From a virus, in IMG/VR virus record IMGVR_UViG_3300043398_000057: a stretch of DNA of 64,000 bases; one strand, written 5' to 3'. Below, in pieces: positions 11,296 to 22,166 of the stretch. The notes under the pieces were generated by a model. That model saw nothing but the letters and a program-made list of their open reading frames with translations. It ran no database searches and was not told the DNA's origin. A program made the position numbers and the translations under genes. Position 1 is the stretch's first letter, and every line of letters begins with the position of its first letter.

Positions 11296-11636
11296 ACATT
11301 ACCACAATGAAATACATCGGTGCGTTTTTGGTGATTTGTGGAATCATCTATATGTCACTGTCATGGTTTAACGGTGTCAAAGAAGCCAGCTACAACGCCG
11401 GGTTTCAGAAAGCCGAAGAAGCACACCAAATTCAGGCAGAAGAAAACCGCAAAAAGACCGATGAACTTTTGAAAGAGATTGAAGAACTTCGTAAAACAAC
11501 TCGAACGGTAACTGAGACAAAAATCAAAACTGTCACTGAAGTTATCGAGCGCGAGAAATTTGTTGTTCCTCAATTGAAAACCGATCAAGAACTGACTGAC
11601 GCTGTTAAGAAACAATTTGAGGACATTGCAAAATGA
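11292..11636 (+). CDS. Putative inner-membrane spanin (Rz-like)
   Basis: Single N-terminal TM helix plus coiled coil, directly upstream of a lipoprotein gene. Confidence 0.7.
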   Translation: MNITTMKYIGAFLVICGIIYMSLSWFNGVKEASYNAGFQKAEEAHQIQAEENRKKTDELLKEIEELRKTTRTVTETKIKTVTEVIEREKFVVPQLKTDQELTDAVKKQFEDIAK

Positions 11637-11947
11637 AATCTCTAATCTCACTCATTTTTGTTGTCATGCTGGCTGGCTGTCAAACTCAACAAATTACGCG
11701 AGAAGTTCCGGTTTACATCGAAAAGCCCGCACTGGAAGTTACAACTCCTGCAAAGCCAGTTTTCAAAAATACAACCACATGGAAAATCGATAAAGATGGA
11801 AACGTGGTTTCTACAACTCGTCAAGAATTTGACGATTTTGTGGTTGACTTGATCGAAATCAAAAAGTATGTGAAGTCTCTGGAAATTACCTTGAAGTCTT
11901 ACAAAGACTATTACGAATCCGGGTTGCCCAAGGATTCTGGTAAGTAA
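11633..11947 (+). CDS. Putative outer-membrane spanin lipoprotein (Rz1-like)
   Basis: Signal peptide with lipobox LAG-C, Pro-rich segment. Confidence 0.72.
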   Translation: MKSLISLIFVVMLAGCQTQQITREVPVYIEKPALEVTTPAKPVFKNTTTWKIDKDGNVVSTTRQEFDDFVVDLIEIKKYVKSLEITLKSYKDYYESGLPKDSGK

Positions 11948-12003
11948 CAACATGGATTTTGTTGAGGCAACTCTTTCAAACTGTTTTTAATAAGGATTCT
12001 CTA

Positions 12004-14634
12004 ATGAGCAAATACACTTCTGTTGGCGTTTACAGTCGAGAAAAAGACGCCTCGCTGGTGGTTCCCGGCGCTGCTACTTCCGGTGCTGCAACTGTCATTT
12101 CTTCGATTTGGGGGCCAATGAGTTTGCCCCAATTGGTTGGTAATGAGGCTGATATTGTTGCCCTGTATGGTAAGCCTGTTGATGAAACCGCTTCGAGTTT
12201 CTTCACTGCTGCTGACTTTTTGGCATACTCGAATCAAATGTTTATCAACCGTATCGAAACCGATTCAACAAACGCTGTTTCCAAGCCTGTTGAATACAAG
12301 CTGAATCGTGTTGATGTTACCGCTGGTGGTCGTGGTTATACCCAACTGACCAACGTGACATTTTCGGCACCTTCGGTTGGTGGCGTGACCGCAACCGGCG
12401 TTGCTAACGTGGTTGCTGGTAAGGTTGAATCTGTGGTTGTCGGCAATACCGGTGCTGGATATGACTCGGACACTACCATCACTTTTAGTGCACCTCCTAC
12501 CGGTGGCGTGACTGCAACGGGTGTCGTGGTTCTGAGTGATAGCCCTGTTACCAATGTGGTTTTGAACTCTGGTGGTTCTGGTTACGATCCTCTGACAACT
12601 ACTGTTACGTTCTCAGCGCCAGAAAAGCCTAACGGTGTTCGCGCAACTGCTACTGCCGTTGTGTCACAGTCTGGTGTTGTCACGAACATCATTTTGACCA
12701 ATCCCGGTTCTGGGTATGAATATCCTCCCACCATTCAAATTACTGATGGTGCTGATGGTACCGGCGCTTCAGCAACCGCTTTTGTTGAGGCGAACGGTGG
12801 CATCGTTCGCGTGATTATCACCAATCCCGGTTCCGGTTATTTTGCAACTCCCACATACACGCTGGCTAATATCGGTGGTGGCACTGGTTTTGTTGGTCAG
12901 GTTGTTGGTGGTGGTAAGGTTGAATCGGTGACGATCACTAACCCCGGTTCCGGTTACAAGTCTGCACCAACTGTTTCACTGGCTGGTACGGGTTCTGGCG
13001 CTACGGTGAAGGCTGTTTCTACCGCTGTTGGTGTGAAGATTGCTAACGCTGTCAAGTATGACGAACTGTTTAGCAACGGTATTTCCACCTATGGTGAATT
13101 TGCGGCTCGTTACGCCGGTAAACTTGGTAATAGCATTCGCGTTTCGATGGTTGACAGTGCAACTTGGGAATTTCAAATCTCTGGCGTGATCAGTTCTTCG
13201 GTGTCTTCTGATATTGTTTCGGGTATTGGCACTCAATTCACCCAAGAACTTGAAGCCGGTACAACTTTGGTTGATACACAAGGTCGCAAGATTGGTGTTG
13301 TGAAGACTGTGGTTTCGGATGTTTCTCTGCGTCTGGAATCGATTGCATCGCGCGACACATTCCAAGAAAATGCTGTTGCCAAGTGGGCTTTCCAAGGTCT
13401 GTTCAATGGTGCCCCCGGTACTTCGGAATATGCTCGCGCTAACGGTTCAGTGAATGACGAACTGCATATTGCTGTGGTTGACGTTGATGGTAAGATTACT
13501 GGCATCCCCGGTGGTTTGATCCAAAAAATTGAATATGCATCGAAGGCTGCTGATGCGATTGACTTCCAAGGTCAATCGAGCTATTACGCTCAAGTTATCC
13601 GTAGCAAGTCGGCATACATTTATCAACTGTCACACCCAACGGAAACTTCGAATTGGGGTCAGGCGACTTCTTCGATTTCGTCTTACGATCTGTTGAGCAA
13701 GCCTGTTACCGCAACTTTGGTTGGTGGTACTGACGATTTCATTGTTACTTCTGGCAACTACCGTGCTGCATGGGATACTTTCTTGGATACCGTGTCTTAC
13801 GATATTGGTCTGCTGCCTGTTGGTGCTGCTAAGGCATCCGAAGCTCAGTATGTGATTGACAACATTGCTACCAAGCGTGGTGATGCCGTTGCTTTCCATT
13901 CGATTTCGGTTCCTGCCAGTGGCGCTCCCATCCTGGGCACATCAGAAACTCGTTTGAACGATGCACAAGCCTATCGCACTGCCGTGGGTGATTCTTCGTA
14001 TGCATTCCTTGATTCTGGCTACTACAACCGCTATGACAAGTACAACGACAAGATTCGTCTGGTTCCCCTGAACGGTCAAATCGCTGGCCTTGCCGCCCGC
14101 ACTGATAAGACTGATGACGCATGGTACTCGTTCGGTGGTCTGACTCGCGGTCAAATTAAGAATATCGTCAAGCTGTGCTGGAACCCCACACAAGCTGAAC
14201 GTGATGTTCTGTATCCCGCTTCGATCAACCCTGTGGTTACTTTGCCAAACCAAGGCACTGTTCTGTACGGTGACAAGACCATGACCGCAAAGCCATCGGC
14301 CTTTGACCGTATCAACGTTCGTCGCTTGTTTATTGCACTGCGCAAGAGTATTTCCCGCAGCGCACAATACCAATTGTTCGAATTCAACGATGCTATCACT
14401 CGTCAACAATTTGTTGGTGCTGTTGAGCCTTTCCTGAGAAACGTTCAAGGTCGTCGTGGTATTGAAGCATTCAAGGTGGTTTGTGACGAAACCAATAACG
14501 GTCCCGAAGTTCGTGCAAATAACGAATTCCGTGGCACTATTTTGGTCAAGCCAAACTATTCGATTAACTTCATTGAATTGACTTTCACGGCTGTTGGCCC
14601 GCAAGTTGATTTCACTATCGCCGCAAACGTGTAA
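12004..14634 (+). CDS. gp18: Tail sheath protein with repeat insertion
   Basis: GVYSREKD..WGP, YDKYND, WYSFGGLTRG, SAFDRINVRRLF, KPNYSINFIELTF; AAGGA RBS favours ATG 12004. Confidence 0.96.
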   Translation: MSKYTSVGVYSREKDASLVVPGAATSGAATVISSIWGPMSLPQLVGNEADIVALYGKPVDETASSFFTAADFLAYSNQMFINRIETDSTNAVSKPVEYKLNRVDVTAGGRGYTQLTNVTFSAPSVGGVTATGVANVVAGKVESVVVGNTGAGYDSDTTITFSAPPTGGVTATGVVVLSDSPVTNVVLNSGGSGYDPLTTTVTFSAPEKPNGVRATATAVVSQSGVVTNIILTNPGSGYEYPPTIQITDGADGTGASATAFVEANGGIVRVIITNPGSGYFATPTYTLANIGGGTGFVGQVVGGGKVESVTITNPGSGYKSAPTVSLAGTGSGATVKAVSTAVGVKIANAVKYDELFSNGISTYGEFAARYAGKLGNSIRVSMVDSATWEFQISGVISSSVSSDIVSGIGTQFTQELEAGTTLVDTQGRKIGVVKTVVSDVSLRLESIASRDTFQENAVAKWAFQGLFNGAPGTSEYARANGSVNDELHIAVVDVDGKITGIPGGLIQKIEYASKAADAIDFQGQSSYYAQVIRSKSAYIYQLSHPTETSNWGQATSSISSYDLLSKPVTATLVGGTDDFIVTSGNYRAAWDTFLDTVSYDIGLLPVGAAKASEAQYVIDNIATKRGDAVAFHSISVPASGAPILGTSETRLNDAQAYRTAVGDSSYAFLDSGYYNRYDKYNDKIRLVPLNGQIAGLAARTDKTDDAWYSFGGLTRGQIKNIVKLCWNPTQAERDVLYPASINPVVTLPNQGTVLYGDKTMTAKPSAFDRINVRRLFIALRKSISRSAQYQLFEFNDAITRQQFVGAVEPFLRNVQGRRGIEAFKVVCDETNNGPEVRANNEFRGTILVKPNYSINFIELTFTAVGPQVDFTIAANV

Positions 14635-14681
14635 TAAAAAGTGGGGGTTAAATACCCCCACATAGTTAAAGGAAAAATCGA

Positions 14682-15215
14682 ATGTCAACAATTACTGATT
14701 TTCGTTCTCGTCTTGCCGGTGGTGGCGCACGCCCATCGCTGTTCAAGGTGATTCTGAACTTCCCCGCATTTGTGCCGCTTGGCCCGGGTGCATCGCGTTC
14801 CGCTGAACTGTTGGTCAAGGCCGCATCGCTGCCAGCAACAACCATGGAAAAGGTGCCTGTGGATTTCCAAGGTCGCAAGGTCAATCTGACCGGTGAAAAG
14901 AATTTTGAAGACTGGACAATCACCGCTTATAACGATACGGATTTCTTGATCCGTGATGCGTTTGAGCAATGGATGGAAGGTATGAACGGTTCGGAAACCA
15001 ATGCCGGTCTGCAAAATCCTTCTGAATATGTTGTGGACATGGTTGTGATTCAACTGGACCGCAACCAACAACCAATCAAGACATACAGCATCAAGAATGC
15101 TTTCCCGACAAGCGTTGGTGCAATTGAACTTGATTATTCGTCTACCGGTCAGATTGAAACTTTCCAAGTTACTCTCGCCATGGACTACTTCACTTCTGTT
15201 GGCGTCAACGCCTAA
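14682..15215 (+). CDS. gp19: Tail tube protein
   Basis: GGGARPSLFKV, KAASLPA, GRKVNLTGEKNFEDWTIT, QLDR, FPTSVGAIELDY. Confidence 0.96.
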   Translation: MSTITDFRSRLAGGGARPSLFKVILNFPAFVPLGPGASRSAELLVKAASLPATTMEKVPVDFQGRKVNLTGEKNFEDWTITAYNDTDFLIRDAFEQWMEGMNGSETNAGLQNPSEYVVDMVVIQLDRNQQPIKTYSIKNAFPTSVGAIELDYSSTGQIETFQVTLAMDYFTSVGVNA

Positions 15216-15245
15216 GTAGTGAACTGAAAACAACAGACTATACTC

Positions 15246-16757
15246 ATGGCGCAATTTTTTGGTTACGAATTCAAGCGTAAGGCGGATAAGGAGCAAAATG
15301 CTTCTTTCGCACCGCCCGCTGTCACCGATGGTGAAATTATCAATGATCAAGGTGTCTATGGTGCATTCAATGCATTCTCGATGCAACTTGGTCTTGATGA
15401 TATTACGGATGAAAACGCAATCATCAAAAAGTGCCGTGATATTTCTACAACGTCTGATGTTGATCAAGCTATTTCTGAGATTGTGAGTGAAGCAATCGTG
15501 TTCGATCCGGGCAAAAAGGTTGCACAACTCGCTTTCTCAGAAAATTTTGATGAATTGTATAACGAGAAGCTGAAGAAAATTCTCACCGAAGAATTTGAAG
15601 TTGTTTATCGTTTGTTTGATATGAACAACAAGGCACAAGATCATTTCAAGACATGGTATGTCGATGGTCGTCTTTGTTTTCACGCTATTGTTGATGCTGC
15701 TAGCCCTAAGGATGGCATCAAGGAAATTCGTTAGATCGATAGTCTGAATATCAAAAAGATTGTCGAAGTCAAGAAAGAAAAGTCTAACGAATCCGGCAGT
15801 ATTGGTGTTGTTCTGTATAAAGACAAAGAGGAATACTTTGTCTATTCGGCTAAGGGGTTTGCGGGTAAAGATAATGTTGAGGGACTGAAGATTAGCAAGG
15901 ATGCTATTATCTGGTCAACATCTGGCATCAGAGAAGGCGTAACTCACAAACCCCTTTCTTTCCTGTACAAAGCTATTCGACCCGCAAACCAATTGCGCAT
16001 GATCGAAGAAGCGTTTTTGATTTATACGGTTACCCGTGCACCAGAACGTCGAGTCTTCTATATCGACACAAATGGTATGTCGCGCACCCGTGGTGAACAG
16101 TATATCCGCGAAATCATGAATCGTTATCGCAACAAGCCGGTGTACGATTCAAAAACTGGCGCTCTGAAAGAGGAAAGCCGCCATAACACAATGCTTGAAG
16201 ATTTTTGGTTGCCTAGAAATGGCACCAAGGGTACCGAAGTTCAAACTTTGCCGGGTGGTACTGGTTTGAGCAATACCGATCTTTTGGACTATTTCAAGAA
16301 CAAGATGTACAACGCTTTGAACGTTCCGCTTGGACGTTTGCAACCCAATCAGGCATTCTCATTGGGTCGAAGCAATGAAATTAGCCGTGATGAAGTCAGG
16401 TTCAGTCACTTTGTTACCAAGTTGCGTGCACGTTTCTCTAAGGTCTATATTGAGGCACTTGGTAAGAATCTGATTCTCAAAGGTCTTATTTCCGCTGATG
16501 AATGGGAACAACTTTCACAAGCAATCACCATTGATTTCAACAAGGACAATTTCTTTGCTGAAATTAAGGAAGCAGAAGTTCTGCGCGAACGTCTTACCAC
16601 ATTGCAACAGGCTGAACCATTTATCGGTAAGTATTTCAGCGATGAATATGTTTTCAAGAACATTCTGAGAATGAATCAGGATGAAATTGATTCAATCGTC
16701 AAACAAATTCCGACACAAGTAGAACCCGCTGGTGATCCAAATCAGCAACCCGCATAA
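15246..16757 (+). CDS. gp20: Portal vertex protein; internal TAG 15732-15734
   Basis: WYVDGR, KAIRPANQLRMIEEA, RAPERRVFYID, EDFWLPR, EISRDE; single frame across the TAG. Confidence 0.96.
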
Positions 16758-16776
16758 ACAGTAAGGTTGAACACAA

Positions 16777-18423
16777 ATGAGCAAATTGATTGATTCCATT
16801 CTCGATGGCGACTTTGAATCAGTTGTCGAATCAGTTACTGAACTGATGGACTTTAAGACTGATGATGCTGTTCTTGATTTGGCTGAAGGCTATGACAGTA
16901 TCAATGAAGAATTGTCTTTGGGTGCAAATGACCATAAGGTTCTCGCAGCATTTGCCAAGGGCGAAAAGGCCGAATCGAAGAAGCTATCAACCGATGGTAA
17001 AACCCTTCATGGAAATTGGATGGGTGGCGGTTCGATTGCCAAGCATATCGATGGTAAGGTTCATCTGCGCCAGATGACTTCGCGTTCTGAACAAACTGTT
17101 CATCGTGCACTGAAAAAGAAGCACCTCGCTAAGAACGATATTGCCGAATGTGTTGATACTGAATTTGATGAATCGACACAACAAATCGAAGAAGGTCGTC
17201 GTATTGTTTCGACCCATGAATATCGCAACCATTCCGCCAAGGTTTACAAGAATTCTGAAACCGGTGAACATGAAGTCGAGTTTTACAAAGATGGTAAACA
17301 CCTGAAGGATGCAACTTATCACACCGATGATAAGGCTGACGCTCAAGGCACCGCCAAGCATTTCATCTCTAAGGCAACCGTTTCTGAAGATTTTCAACTC
17401 GATGAACTGAGTCAAGAAACATTGAAGTCTTACATCAACAAGAATGTTGAAGATGGTTATGTTGTCGCCCGCCAAAAGGGTGTCGCTAAGGCCGCTTTGA
17501 GAACCCAAGGTTTGTCACATAAGCCCGGTTCGGTCGGTCTGCACAAGATTTACAAGACCGACGAAAAGAAAAAGATTACCGAAGGTGAAGAACAACTTGA
17601 TGAACTGAGCAAGGAAACTCTGTCAAATTACATCAAGGGTGCAAGCGTTGACATGGGTGAGTATATTGGTATGGCCGCTAAACGTCGCAAGAATGCCGAG
17701 AAGGAAACCAGTCAAGTTGGCAAAGATCACAATCATGCTATTGCCAATGCATATTCTAAAAAGGCTGATAGTCGTTTGAACAACATTAAGAAAGCTGCAA
17801 CGAAACTGGCTGAAGAAGCTATCAATGAACTGAGTAAAAATACTCTGGCAAGCTATATCAAGGGAGCAAGCAATTCTGCCGCTGGTTTTGCAGGTATGTC
17901 CGCAATGCGAGATGCTAAGGCCGCTGTCGCTACTAGCGATGCTGCCAAAAAGCGTCACACAGACATTGCCGACGAATATGCTGAGAGGTCATATAAACGT
18001 TTGCAAGGTATCAAAAAGGCTGCTTCGAAGCTGGCTGAAGAAACTGAAGAAATCGGTTATGGCGATTTGATGGAACTGTCGGAAGGCATTTACGTCAAGG
18101 CCGATGAAGCCAGCAAAATGGGCGATGCGGCAAGCGCACCCCGCGAACCCTACATGAATTTTGAGAAAGTTGACGAAAAGGGCAACTACGCTGGTAACAA
18201 TGGCACACATTTCTCTCATGGTATCAGGGTTTTCAAGTTTGCCAATAAGAAGGCTTACGAATACGCCAAGAAACTTGACCGTCCTTTGTCTGAAATGGGT
18301 GAACATGAGTTCCATGCCGTTGTGCACAACCATGAATCCGAACCAAAGTATTTTGTCAATGGTAAGGAAGTTTCGAAACCTTCTGAACATCACGAATATA
18401 TCAAGAATCGTCTGAAAATCTAA
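16777..18423 (+). CDS. Prohead core protein (gp67/gp68 position) with repeated internal modules
   Basis: Between gp20 and gp21; acidic N-terminus; three ELSxxTLxxYI repeats. Confidence 0.7.
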   Translation: MSKLIDSILDGDFESVVESVTELMDFKTDDAVLDLAEGYDSINEELSLGANDHKVLAAFAKGEKAESKKLSTDGKTLHGNWMGGGSIAKHIDGKVHLRQMTSRSEQTVHRALKKKHLAKNDIAECVDTEFDESTQQIEEGRRIVSTHEYRNHSAKVYKNSETGEHEVEFYKDGKHLKDATYHTDDKADAQGTAKHFISKATVSEDFQLDELSQETLKSYINKNVEDGYVVARQKGVAKAALRTQGLSHKPGSVGLHKIYKTDEKKKITEGEEQLDELSKETLSNYIKGASVDMGEYIGMAAKRRKNAEKETSQVGKDHNHAIANAYSKKADSRLNNIKKAATKLAEEAINELSKNTLASYIKGASNSAAGFAGMSAMRDAKAAVATSDAAKKRHTDIADEYAERSYKRLQGIKKAASKLAEETEEIGYGDLMELSEGIYVKADEASKMGDAASAPREPYMNFEKVDEKGNYAGNNGTHFSHGIRVFKFANKKAYEYAKKLDRPLSEMGEHEFHAVVHNHESEPKYFVNGKEVSKPSEHHEYIKNRLKI

Positions 18424-18434
18424 GGAACTGAACT

Positions 18435-18821
18435 ATGCCATTGCTCAGAAAAATTGTTTACAACAACCCCCTGAAAACGGTTGTTAAATGGACTGGTTCA
18501 GGGACCGATACCCTGAACATTTCTACCGACATTCTTGACGCTGACCGTTCACAAACAGTGATTGGTGGTGAAACACCAAAGGTCAACATCATGTCAGTGT
18601 TTTCAAGCACTAACACAACGGGTGAAGTCAAAGTTACCCGAAACGCTCAAGACGTTGTTGACCTGTTTGGTGTGTGTTCTTTACCTAACCAGTCTTCTAC
18701 ATATGTTTTTGATGAAAACAACACTAGCAACATTGCTGTGTCTCTTTCTCAAAATGGTACGTTGATTCTGGAACTGCGTAAGCTGTCTGGTTATCAGGTG
18801 CCTAACGTCAACGGATACTGA
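18435..18821 (+). CDS. Hypothetical virion protein
   Basis: AAGGA RBS; beta-rich with terminal LILELRKLSGY. Confidence 0.7.
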   Translation: MPLLRKIVYNNPLKTVVKWTGSGTDTLNISTDILDADRSQTVIGGETPKVNIMSVFSSTNTTGEVKVTRNAQDVVDLFGVCSLPNQSSTYVFDENNTSNIAVSLSQNGTLILELRKLSGYQVPNVNGY

Positions 18822-18822
18822 T

Positions 18823-19464
18823 ATGCAACTGATTACTGAACAATCTCATGAAATCGAGATTTAGAGTGAGGGTACCGGCGATAAGAAGCAATTCTACATC
18901 GAGGGTATCTTTGCTCAAGCCGAAAAGAAGAACAGAAACGGTCGAATCTATCGTAAGAATGTTCTGGAAGAGTCGGTCAACAAATATGTTGAAAACTATG
19001 TGAAGACCCGTAAGGCTGTTGGTGAAATGAGTCACCCACAACGCCTGAACGTTGATTTTGAGCGTGCTACACACCTTGTTACCAATCTGATGTTTGAAGG
19101 TAATGATGTGATTGGTAAGGCTCGCGTTCTGACAACGCCTTTGGGTCAAGTGGTTCGAGGTCTTTTGGAATCTGGCGTTGCCGTGGGTGTTTCAACCCGT
19201 GGTGCCGGTGAAATCCAAATGGTTGAAGATGTGAAATATGTCAAGCCCGGGTTTCAAATGACTGCTATTGACGTTGTTTCTGATCCTTCTGCCCATGATG
19301 CATGGGTTGATGGGATTATGGAAGGTGTGCAATGGGTTCAAACCGCTGACGGCGAATTTGTTGAATCTCTGAAAAGTGAAATTCGTAAGGCATCTTCGAG
19401 TCAATTGAATGAAGCCAAAATGAAGGCATTCAGTGATTTTCTCAATCACATCAAACAAATCTGA
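18823..19464 (+). CDS. gp21: Prohead protease; internal TAG 18862-18864
   Basis: MQLITE..YIEGIFAQAEKKNRNGRIY, GEMSHP, GVSTRGAG, DVVSDPSAHDA. Confidence 0.95.
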
Positions 19465-19572
19465 CCGTAAGTAAACCCATGAATGGTTCCCATATGAAAT
19501 TTTTGTCGATAGATGAATTGGGAACACCATTTCGGAAACGAAAAAGTTCCCAAACAATCTAAAGGAAACTAA

Positions 19573-20826
19573 ATGTCACTGAAACAAATCATTGAATCGA
19601 AGCTGGCCGATGCTGCCAAGTCTATCGAAAAGCCCGAAGTTAAGACCATTGGTATTGACGAAGAAATTGAATCAACTCTGGAAGCTGAAATTCTTGAGCA
19701 TACTTGCAACTTGGATGAATCGGAAATCAATGAATCCGAGAAAATGTCTGACGCTGCTCATGAACTGGTTCTCCATGCTGACAATACTAGTCAACTGTAC
19801 AAGTCGAGTCATCAACCCATTGTTGCCAATCTGAAGAAGAAGGCCGCTAAGGGCCAATACGACAAGGAAAAAGCTAAGAAGCTGTGGGGCTACCACGCTG
19901 ACCGTGCTGCTCAATCGTATGCCAAGGAACACGGTGACGGTAAGACCCCATGGCACAAGATGTTCACCACTGCTGACCGTAAGCAAGCCGCCGCCAAGTT
20001 TGAGGCTGACAACCATGATGAAATTCATTCGAAGAATGAATCGGTTGAGGCTAAGGAAACCAAGAAAAAGGAACGTGAAGAAAATATCATCATGTCCAAG
20101 AAGAAGGTTTCTGAACAAGTGCAAGGTCTTTTGGCCGCTGAAGGTTTGTCAGAAGAATTCCGCGAACAAGCCGCTACTTTGTTTGAAGCCGCTATCGCTG
20201 ATCGAATGATTGAAATCACTAAGGAACTTCAGGAACAGTATACCACTGAACTGGAAGAAGTTAAGGAATCTCTGTCTGAAAAGACTGAAAAGTATTTGGA
20301 AGCTGCTACTGCTGCTTGGATTGCCGAAAACCAAGTTGCAATTAAGGCATCTTACAAGTCGCTCATTGCGGAAAAATTTATTGATGGTGTTAAGCAATTG
20401 ATGGAAGATTGCGGAATTGAAATTCCCCATGAGGATGAATCGGCACTCGAAGCTGCTATGACTAAGGTTTCAGCGTTGGAAGAAAAGCTGTCTGAAAAGC
20501 ATACCAAGGAATGTGAATTGATGGAAGAAATCGCAAATCTGAAGAAGGTTGTGATTAAGGGTGATGTTTCCGAAGGTCTGACAGTTATTCAAACCGAACG
20601 TTTTGAAGCTCTGGTCGAACATATCGAGTTCAAGAATGATGACCAATATCGTCGTCAACTCGAAATGGTCAAGGAAAGTTTCTTGTCCGGTAAAACTCAG
20701 GAACCTACCAAGGCTGTTGTGACTGAAAGCAAGACCAATCAAAAGGTCATTGTTGAAAGCACCAAGACCAAGACTGGTTCAACCGTCGAATCTTACCTCT
20801 CACACCTGCAAAACGTTAAGTTTTAA
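19573..20826 (+). CDS. gp22: Prohead scaffold/core protein with N-terminal extension
   Basis: LSEEFREQAATLFEAAI, WIAENQVAI, KESF; immediately upstream of gp23. Confidence 0.88.
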   Translation: MSLKQIIESKLADAAKSIEKPEVKTIGIDEEIESTLEAEILEHTCNLDESEINESEKMSDAAHELVLHADNTSQLYKSSHQPIVANLKKKAAKGQYDKEKAKKLWGYHADRAAQSYAKEHGDGKTPWHKMFTTADRKQAAAKFEADNHDEIHSKNESVEAKETKKKEREENIIMSKKKVSEQVQGLLAAEGLSEEFREQAATLFEAAIADRMIEITKELQEQYTTELEEVKESLSEKTEKYLEAATAAWIAENQVAIKASYKSLIAEKFIDGVKQLMEDCGIEIPHEDESALEAAMTKVSALEEKLSEKHTKECELMEEIANLKKVVIKGDVSEGLTVIQTERFEALVEHIEFKNDDQYRRQLEMVKESFLSGKTQEPTKAVVTESKTNQKVIVESTKTKTGSTVESYLSHLQNVKF

Positions 20827-20832
20827 TAGTTT

Positions 20833-20876
20833 GGATTGTGGAATTTGAAAGAGTTCCACAATCCGCAAGGTAAGTA
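20833..20876 (+). promoter_or_regulatory. Hairpin plus TAAGTA late-promoter motif upstream of gp23
   Basis: GGATTGTGGAA..TTCCACAATCC inverted repeat; TAAGTA 20871-20876. Confidence 0.6.
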
Positions 20877-20912
20877 CCACTATCAAAGATTGTTAATAGA
20901 AAGGTTCATAAA

Positions 20913-22166
20913 ATGGACGCAAATCAACTGAAAGCCCTGATGGAAAAGTGGGCACCCGTTCTGGACACTACCGATGCTCCCGCTATCGTTGGTCAAGAAA
21001 AGCGTATTGCTACCGCTGTGATGCTGGAAAACACCGAAAAGGATGCCCAAGCCACGCAACAAGTGCTGGCCGAAGATGCCACCAACAACACTTCGGGTAT
21101 TGCCGATCACACCCCCGTGCTGATCAGCATGATTCGTCGTGCCGCCCCTCAACTGCTGCCCTTCGACCTGATGGGCGTGCAACCTCTGGCTCAACCTTCG
21201 GGTCTGATCTTCGCTATGCGTTCGCGTTACACCGACAAGAACGGTCCCGAAGCTCTGTTTAACGAAGCTGATTCAGACTTCTCTGGCGCTGCTACTCCCC
21301 AACAAGCCGGTACTAACCCTGCCGTGCTGGCCGATTCGACCCCTGGTTCGTACACCGCTGGTACTGGTCTGGAAAAGTCGATTGGTGAAACCCTGGGTGG
21401 TTCTGGTCCCGCTTTCGGTACCATGGCTCTGACTGTGGAAAAGGTTACCGCAACTGCTGTGACCCGTGCACTGAAGACCGGTTACACCGCTGAATTCGCT
21501 CAAGACCTGAAGTCGCTTCATGGTCTGGACGCTGATTCGGAAATGTCGCGTATGCTGTCTTCGGAAATCATCGCTGAAACCAATCGTGAATGCGTGCGTA
21601 CCCTGTACCGTGCTGCCAAGATTGGCGCTCAAGATGCTACCGTGGCTGGTACCTTTGACTTGGATCAAGACGCTAACGGTCGTTGGTTGGCTGAACGTCA
21701 CAAGGGTCTGATGTTCCAAATCATGCGTGAATCGAATGCTGTGGCTCAACAAACTCGTTTGGGTAACGCAACTTTCGTGCTGGCTTCGGCTGACGTTGTG
21801 GCTGCTCTGGCTATGATTGGTCAACTGGACTATTCGCAAGCTGGTGCCTCGCTGACCGTTGACCAAGCTAACGTGACCTTCGCCGGTACTCTGAAGAATG
21901 GTCTGAAGGTGTATGTCGATCCGTTCTCTGGCGTGTCGGCTGGTAATGAACAGTTCGCGATGGTTGGCTATAAGGGTCAATCGCCTTTCGCCGCTGGTTA
22001 CTTCTACAGCCCATATGTGCCTCTGACCATGGTTCGTACCATCGATCCTACTACCATGACCCCAATCATGGCTTACCGTACTCGTTACGCTCTGACGGCT
22101 CACCCCTTCTTCGGCGCTTCGAACAACCCCTGCTATCGTCTGTTCCGCGTGCGCAACGTGCAGTAA
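20913..22166 (+). CDS. gp23: Major capsid protein
   Basis: KWAPVL, PVLISMIRR, GVQP..GLIFAMRSRY, EALFNEAD, AQDLKSLHGLDA, FYSPYVPL; strong codon bias, no TAG. Confidence 0.97.
   Translation: MDANQLKALMEKWAPVLDTTDAPAIVGQEKRIATAVMLENTEKDAQATQQVLAEDATNNTSGIADHTPVLISMIRRAAPQLLPFDLMGVQPLAQPSGLIFAMRSRYTDKNGPEALFNEADSDFSGAATPQQAGTNPAVLADSTPGSYTAGTGLEKSIGETLGGSGPAFGTMALTVEKVTATAVTRALKTGYTAEFAQDLKSLHGLDADSEMSRMLSSEIIAETNRECVRTLYRAAKIGAQDATVAGTFDLDQDANGRWLAERHKGLMFQIMRESNAVAQQTRLGNATFVLASADVVAALAMIGQLDYSQAGASLTVDQANVTFAGTLKNGLKVYVDPFSGVSAGNEQFAMVGYKGQSPFAAGYFYSPYVPLTMVRTIDPTTMTPIMAYRTRYALTAHPFFGASNNPCYRLFRVRNVQ

Noticed and set aside
13942-22103. Long antisense ORFs (13942-14691, 14685-15527, 21273-22103)
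   Set aside because: Shadows of strongly codon-biased structural genes; no recognisable motifs
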